The notes beneath the pieces are model-generated. The model saw only the letters and a program-made list of their open reading frames with translations, did not search any database and was not told where the DNA came from. This document shows, one piece after another, positions 60,847 to 64,000 of a stretch of DNA of 64,000 nt. A program made the position numbers and the translations under genes. Positions within the stretch are counted from its first letter, which is position 1; each line of letters begins with the position of its first letter. This stretch comes from a phage, in assembly GCA_012441205.1 (NCBI GenBank), contig GCA_012441205.1_4705.1; one strand, written 5' to 3'.

Positions 60847-61774
60847 TTCCTGTTCTCGACTTAGTATGCCGATGTCTGCGTGGACGCTGGACTCGAACCG
60901 GTCTAAAAGGACCCGAAGAACGTGCACCTTGTCGATGTATTTCACCGTTATCCAAGAAAGCGGTTGCCACCGACTCAGCATCCATCCGGTACTCGGGAAC
61001 CCCAAACTCATATAGTACGGGTTGCACCGGACCGAAGACGGAGCGACGTTGTTTAAATCGTTCCTTAAGGGCAAGGCCTTGTTTAATATAAACGGGTTCA
61101 TTGGCGAGTTGTTCCGCTTTTCGTTTTGCGTGAGCCAATCGAAGTTCTTCCAATTGCCCAAGCCATTCAAATTGTTCATCTGTTAGCTCCTGGGGACGTT
61201 CAACAATCGCGCCAGACGGGCAGATATTGATCGTAATGTTAATTGACGGCATCGCCATCACTCGAGGATTACTATTACGTACGCGGACAACGTGTTCGGT
61301 TGCTGATTTACGATCGACGCAATACTCTGTTTCTTGGAACTCAAATGCTTTTAACGGTGTTGGTTTTGTTTGACGTTTAGGAACGCGGCCAAGATCGACA
61401 ATATAGGCATAATCGCACACACGTTCTATTCCGTAAATACGGTTATCCGACCAGTTCTTACCAAACAGCTTATTGTGGTGATAAGACAGATATTCGGTTA
61501 CCATACCCTGGACAACATCGAAGTCTTCTCGAAATTCAGGTTGGTACCAAATCGGACCGAGAATATCTGCGAACGATTCATGACGATATCGAGGATCATG
61601 TCGAGTCCAGGTCATTCTCTGATTAAGATCGAAATCCACCAACAACTCGGTTAATTGCAATTTTTCCTTCGGAGAAAGCTGGCGTTGATGATGCAAACTC
61701 AGGCAATCGATAAGCGGTAATGAAACCCACGATGCTAATGTGTACAAATCGATCCTGGCTAATCTCTTGGTCAT
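60797..61774 (-). CDS. hypothetical protein
   Basis: 325-aa ORF; the Arg-rich C-terminal tail may be read-through. Confidence 0.4.
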   Translation of the reverse strand: MTKRLARIDLYTLASWVSLPLIDCLSLHHQRQLSPKEKLQLTELLVDFDLNQRMTWTRHDPRYRHESFADILGPIWYQPEFREDFDVVQGMVTEYLSYHHNKLFGKNWSDNRIYGIERVCDYAYIVDLGRVPKRQTKPTPLKAFEFQETEYCVDRKSATEHVVRVRNSNPRVMAMPSINITINICPSGAIVERPQELTDEQFEWLGQLEELRLAHAKRKAEQLANEPVYIKQGLALKERFKQRRSVFGPVQPVLYEFGVPEYRMDAESVATAFLDNGEIHRQGARSSGPFRPVRVQRPRRHRHTKSRTGNDDVSRDMDRSHYRTY

Positions 61775-61865
61775 ACTCTTTTCCTAAGTCCCCATTGTTT
61801 ATACACACGATATCTGGGAATAGTTAAAATATACGGCGTAAAACGAAGCAGGAGAGTTTCTGACG

Positions 61866-62186
61866 TCATTTTCTCCCTCTTCGAATACCACCGATACCTC
61901 TTTCGTCTAAGACGTCCCAGGCACGCTTTATTTCATCCTCTGTTGCTCTGGTATCTGGAGGGACAACCATAACACAGTCGTGGAATGGCCAATGTGTAGG
62001 TCTGGGGTTAGCGAACAAATCATCCCATTCAAATGTCCATTCTTTCTTTGAGCGGTTGTAGTAGAACGTAAGATACGTATTGGTGTATGCTAGATAACCG
62101 TGCATAACCTCAATATTCTTACGATCCAGCCGTTCCTGATTCCAATCGTTAAACCGCTTTCTTATTTTCTCCCACCATTTTCCCAT
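61866..62186 (-). CDS. hypothetical protein
   Basis: 106-aa ORF. Confidence 0.45.
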   Translation of the reverse strand: MGKWWEKIRKRFNDWNQERLDRKNIEVMHGYLAYTNTYLTFYYNRSKKEWTFEWDDLFANPRPTHWPFHDCVMVVPPDTRATEDEIKRAWDVLDERGIGGIRRGRK

Positions 62187-62201
62187 GCTTTCTCCTACAC
62201 G

Positions 62202-62230
62202 GCATAAAAGCCTGCCCCGAAGGACAGGCT
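62202..62230 (-). terminator. GC hairpin + TTTATGC-type terminator
   Basis: gcataaaagcctgcc-ccgaag-gacaggct downstream of 62240..62440. Confidence 0.4.
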
Positions 62231-62239
62231 CGATAGAAC

Positions 62240-62440
62240 TTAACGACCATCCAATTTCAATGAAGGATGGTTGACGATATGTGCGTGTTTTGCTGGGTCA
62301 TATAGCTGATATGGAAAATAGCCATGCCATTGACGGCCTTGGCATTTCGTACACAGGAACTGACCAACACCTTGTCGATTCTCGTAAGCGAGTTCGGTAC
62401 TATCAACATGACCGCAACGTTCGCAGATAAACAGCGACAT
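62240..62440 (-). CDS. small zinc-ribbon protein
   Basis: 66 aa with CERCGH...CTKCQ. Confidence 0.45.
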   Translation of the reverse strand: MSLFICERCGHVDSTELAYENRQGVGQFLCTKCQGRQWHGYFPYQLYDPAKHAHIVNHPSLKLDGR

Positions 62441-62477
62441 AGCGCATCCCCATTCACTTGAACCTTTTGGTTCGGCA

Positions 62478-63458
62478 TTAGAAAAGCAAGAAACCGCTAT
62501 TCTTCGCTTCCGCTACAGTTTCGTCACCAACTTTCGGCGCTTGTTGACGTGCGTTACGATGTTCGATGTAACGTTTCGCTTCGTCCGCGATCTGTTTGAT
62601 AATACCCCCTAAACGATCGGTACTTAAAACAAACGACGTCGCTTCACGAATTGGGCTGCTTTCAGGCACAAAACCATCGCAGCTGTAAATAGCGCTAACG
62701 CCCATGACTTTTGTCGCGTCTTTCGGATAAAGCGTACAGAAAGCAATCGGGCTATCGTTCTCTTTCGTCCAATCGTATCCCATGAACGTATTCAGTTCGG
62801 TGATCGTTGGTTCCAAACCGGTAACACGTGGATGGTTTAAGAAGTTTTCCAGGTCGGCGCTGTCAAGACGACGGTTCTCGCCAGAAAACAGAACACAAAG
62901 CTGGCTAATAACAACCTGCACGTCCAGGTTGACATCCTGCTCCGATTTCCCATTTTCGCCATTCATGTGATAGCTAACAATCACTGGACGTTTCAACCCT
63001 TCTGCAGCCGCCATCAGTCCTTTGAAGGTGCGATCGGCGTTGATCGTTTGACGCTCGTCATCGAACGAGGCAACGATGCAACACACCACACGTTCACCAC
63101 GTTCCAGCAGGTTAGCAACCAACGCAGGACCTGCAACAGAACCTGAACCACCGCTCAGACTAAAGACCACGATATTAAATTTACCTGGCGTATGCTTATT
63201 CAGAATACCCGGGATTTGTGAACAGATCAGTTCAGCGTTCTCATCACGCTTCTTACCAGAACCGTCTAACTCACGACCGGCTACATCTTTAAAGATGTAA
63301 ATATGATCGTCACCCAGTGTGCTATCGCGTAGGTTAGCGCGGCTGGTATCGACATACGTCATGCTGTGTAATCCTTTCGCGACTTCGCCTTCAAATGCTG
63401 AGCCGATTTCGCCACCACAACCACCGACAGCCCAAATATGTACTTGGTTCTCTTGCAT
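62478..63458 (-). CDS. phuZ: tubulin/FtsZ-family GTPase (PhuZ-like phage tubulin)
   Basis: T1-loop-like HIWAVGGCGGEIGSAF (G-x-G-x2-G) and T4 signature SLSGGSGSVAGPALVA (GGxxGxGxAP); 326 aa, typical of phage tubulins. Confidence 0.7.
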   Translation of the reverse strand: MQENQVHIWAVGGCGGEIGSAFEGEVAKGLHSMTYVDTSRANLRDSTLGDDHIYIFKDVAGRELDGSGKKRDENAELICSQIPGILNKHTPGKFNIVVFSLSGGSGSVAGPALVANLLERGERVVCCIVASFDDERQTINADRTFKGLMAAAEGLKRPVIVSYHMNGENGKSEQDVNLDVQVVISQLCVLFSGENRRLDSADLENFLNHPRVTGLEPTITELNTFMGYDWTKENDSPIAFCTLYPKDATKVMGVSAIYSCDGFVPESSPIREATSFVLSTDRLGGIIKQIADEAKRYIEHRNARQQAPKVGDETVAEAKNSGFLLF

Positions 63459-63522
63459 GTGAACTCCTAACTTAATATGTATTTAACGTACAATGAATCT
63501 TTCTTTGCTAAAGGGGTGACCC

Positions 63523-64000
63523 ATGGGTGCTATTGACTACAGTGTAGATCGTATCTGTCGTACAATACCGGCAGATATCCTACAGTATTGCTATATCGAT
63601 CGTTACGACTGGCGTAATCGCTATCCTCGTTCCGTAGAAGACATCATTACCGATTGGGTAATCCGTAAACGGGTTATCGGCGACATCGATATCTACGGGG
63701 GACTACAAACCGTTATTCCCCTTGATGATGCAGGTGTCACAATCGAAGAAGTCACCATTAACTGTTATGTTTTCCACATTCCGTTGGAAGCCACACAGGG
63801 ACGTTATATCACGTCCGCATTATCCATTATTTCAGGGAGCGTGAACAACTACGGAATAAACTATAACGGGCAATGGGGCGCTTTCAACCAAACCCAATTT
63901 CAACGTCAGCTTTGTGGGTGGAACCCCGCAAGCAACACGTTACAGCAAGGGATGAACGCGTTCGGTCCCATGAACGTTCTTAGTACAGCCAACGTTGATA
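63523..64000 (+). CDS. hypothetical protein (5' part; continues past window end)
   Basis: ATG at 63523 preceded by AAAGGGG; open frame to nt 64000; not in ORF track because no stop in window. Confidence 0.45.
   Translation, partial: MGAIDYSVDRICRTIPADILQYCYIDRYDWRNRYPRSVEDIITDWVIRKRVIGDIDIYGGLQTVIPLDDAGVTIEEVTINCYVFHIPLEATQGRYITSALSIISGSVNNYGINYNGQWGAFNQTQFQRQLCGWNPASNTLQQGMNAFGPMNVLSTANVD

Noticed and set aside
58389-61774. Long overlapping ORFs as real overlapping genes
   Set aside because: N-terminal parts of several ORFs here (60117..60800, 60550..61179) are W/R-rich or low-complexity and overlap neighbours by 150-250 nt; most likely true starts are internal Met codons.

Overview
This window reads as a dense, mostly minus-strand gene block from a large (jumbo) phage of the nucleus-forming, phiKZ-like type; that placement is inference from motifs and gene order, since no database search was possible. 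Recognisable genes include a tubulin/FtsZ-family PhuZ-like GTPase, multisubunit RNA polymerase beta and beta-prime homologues, an NAD-dependent DNA ligase, Dam methyltransferase, an insertion-bearing thymidylate synthase, two SF2/SNF2 helicases, metallophosphoesterases, and a tandem array of six Myb/SANT-like HTH paralogues. The standout finding is that the beta-prime N-terminal gene is interrupted exactly before the catalytic NADFDGD motif: the DFDGD codons sit on a 15-nt micro-exon (50917-50931) between two paralogous, ORF-less, intron-like structured RNAs of about 350-360 nt each. A 631-aa ORF immediately upstream of this gene, with its own early-type promoter and terminator, is a candidate phage-nucleus shell protein (chimallin) on synteny and size only. 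Recurrent TATATTAC promoter-like motifs and a terminator family of GC-rich hairpin followed by TTTATGC punctuate the block. No tRNA, rRNA, CRISPR array or transposon was seen. Most ORFs have no recognisable motif and are called hypothetical; ORF-track starts are often TTG/GTG extensions and were trimmed to ATG where a ribosome-binding site supports it.
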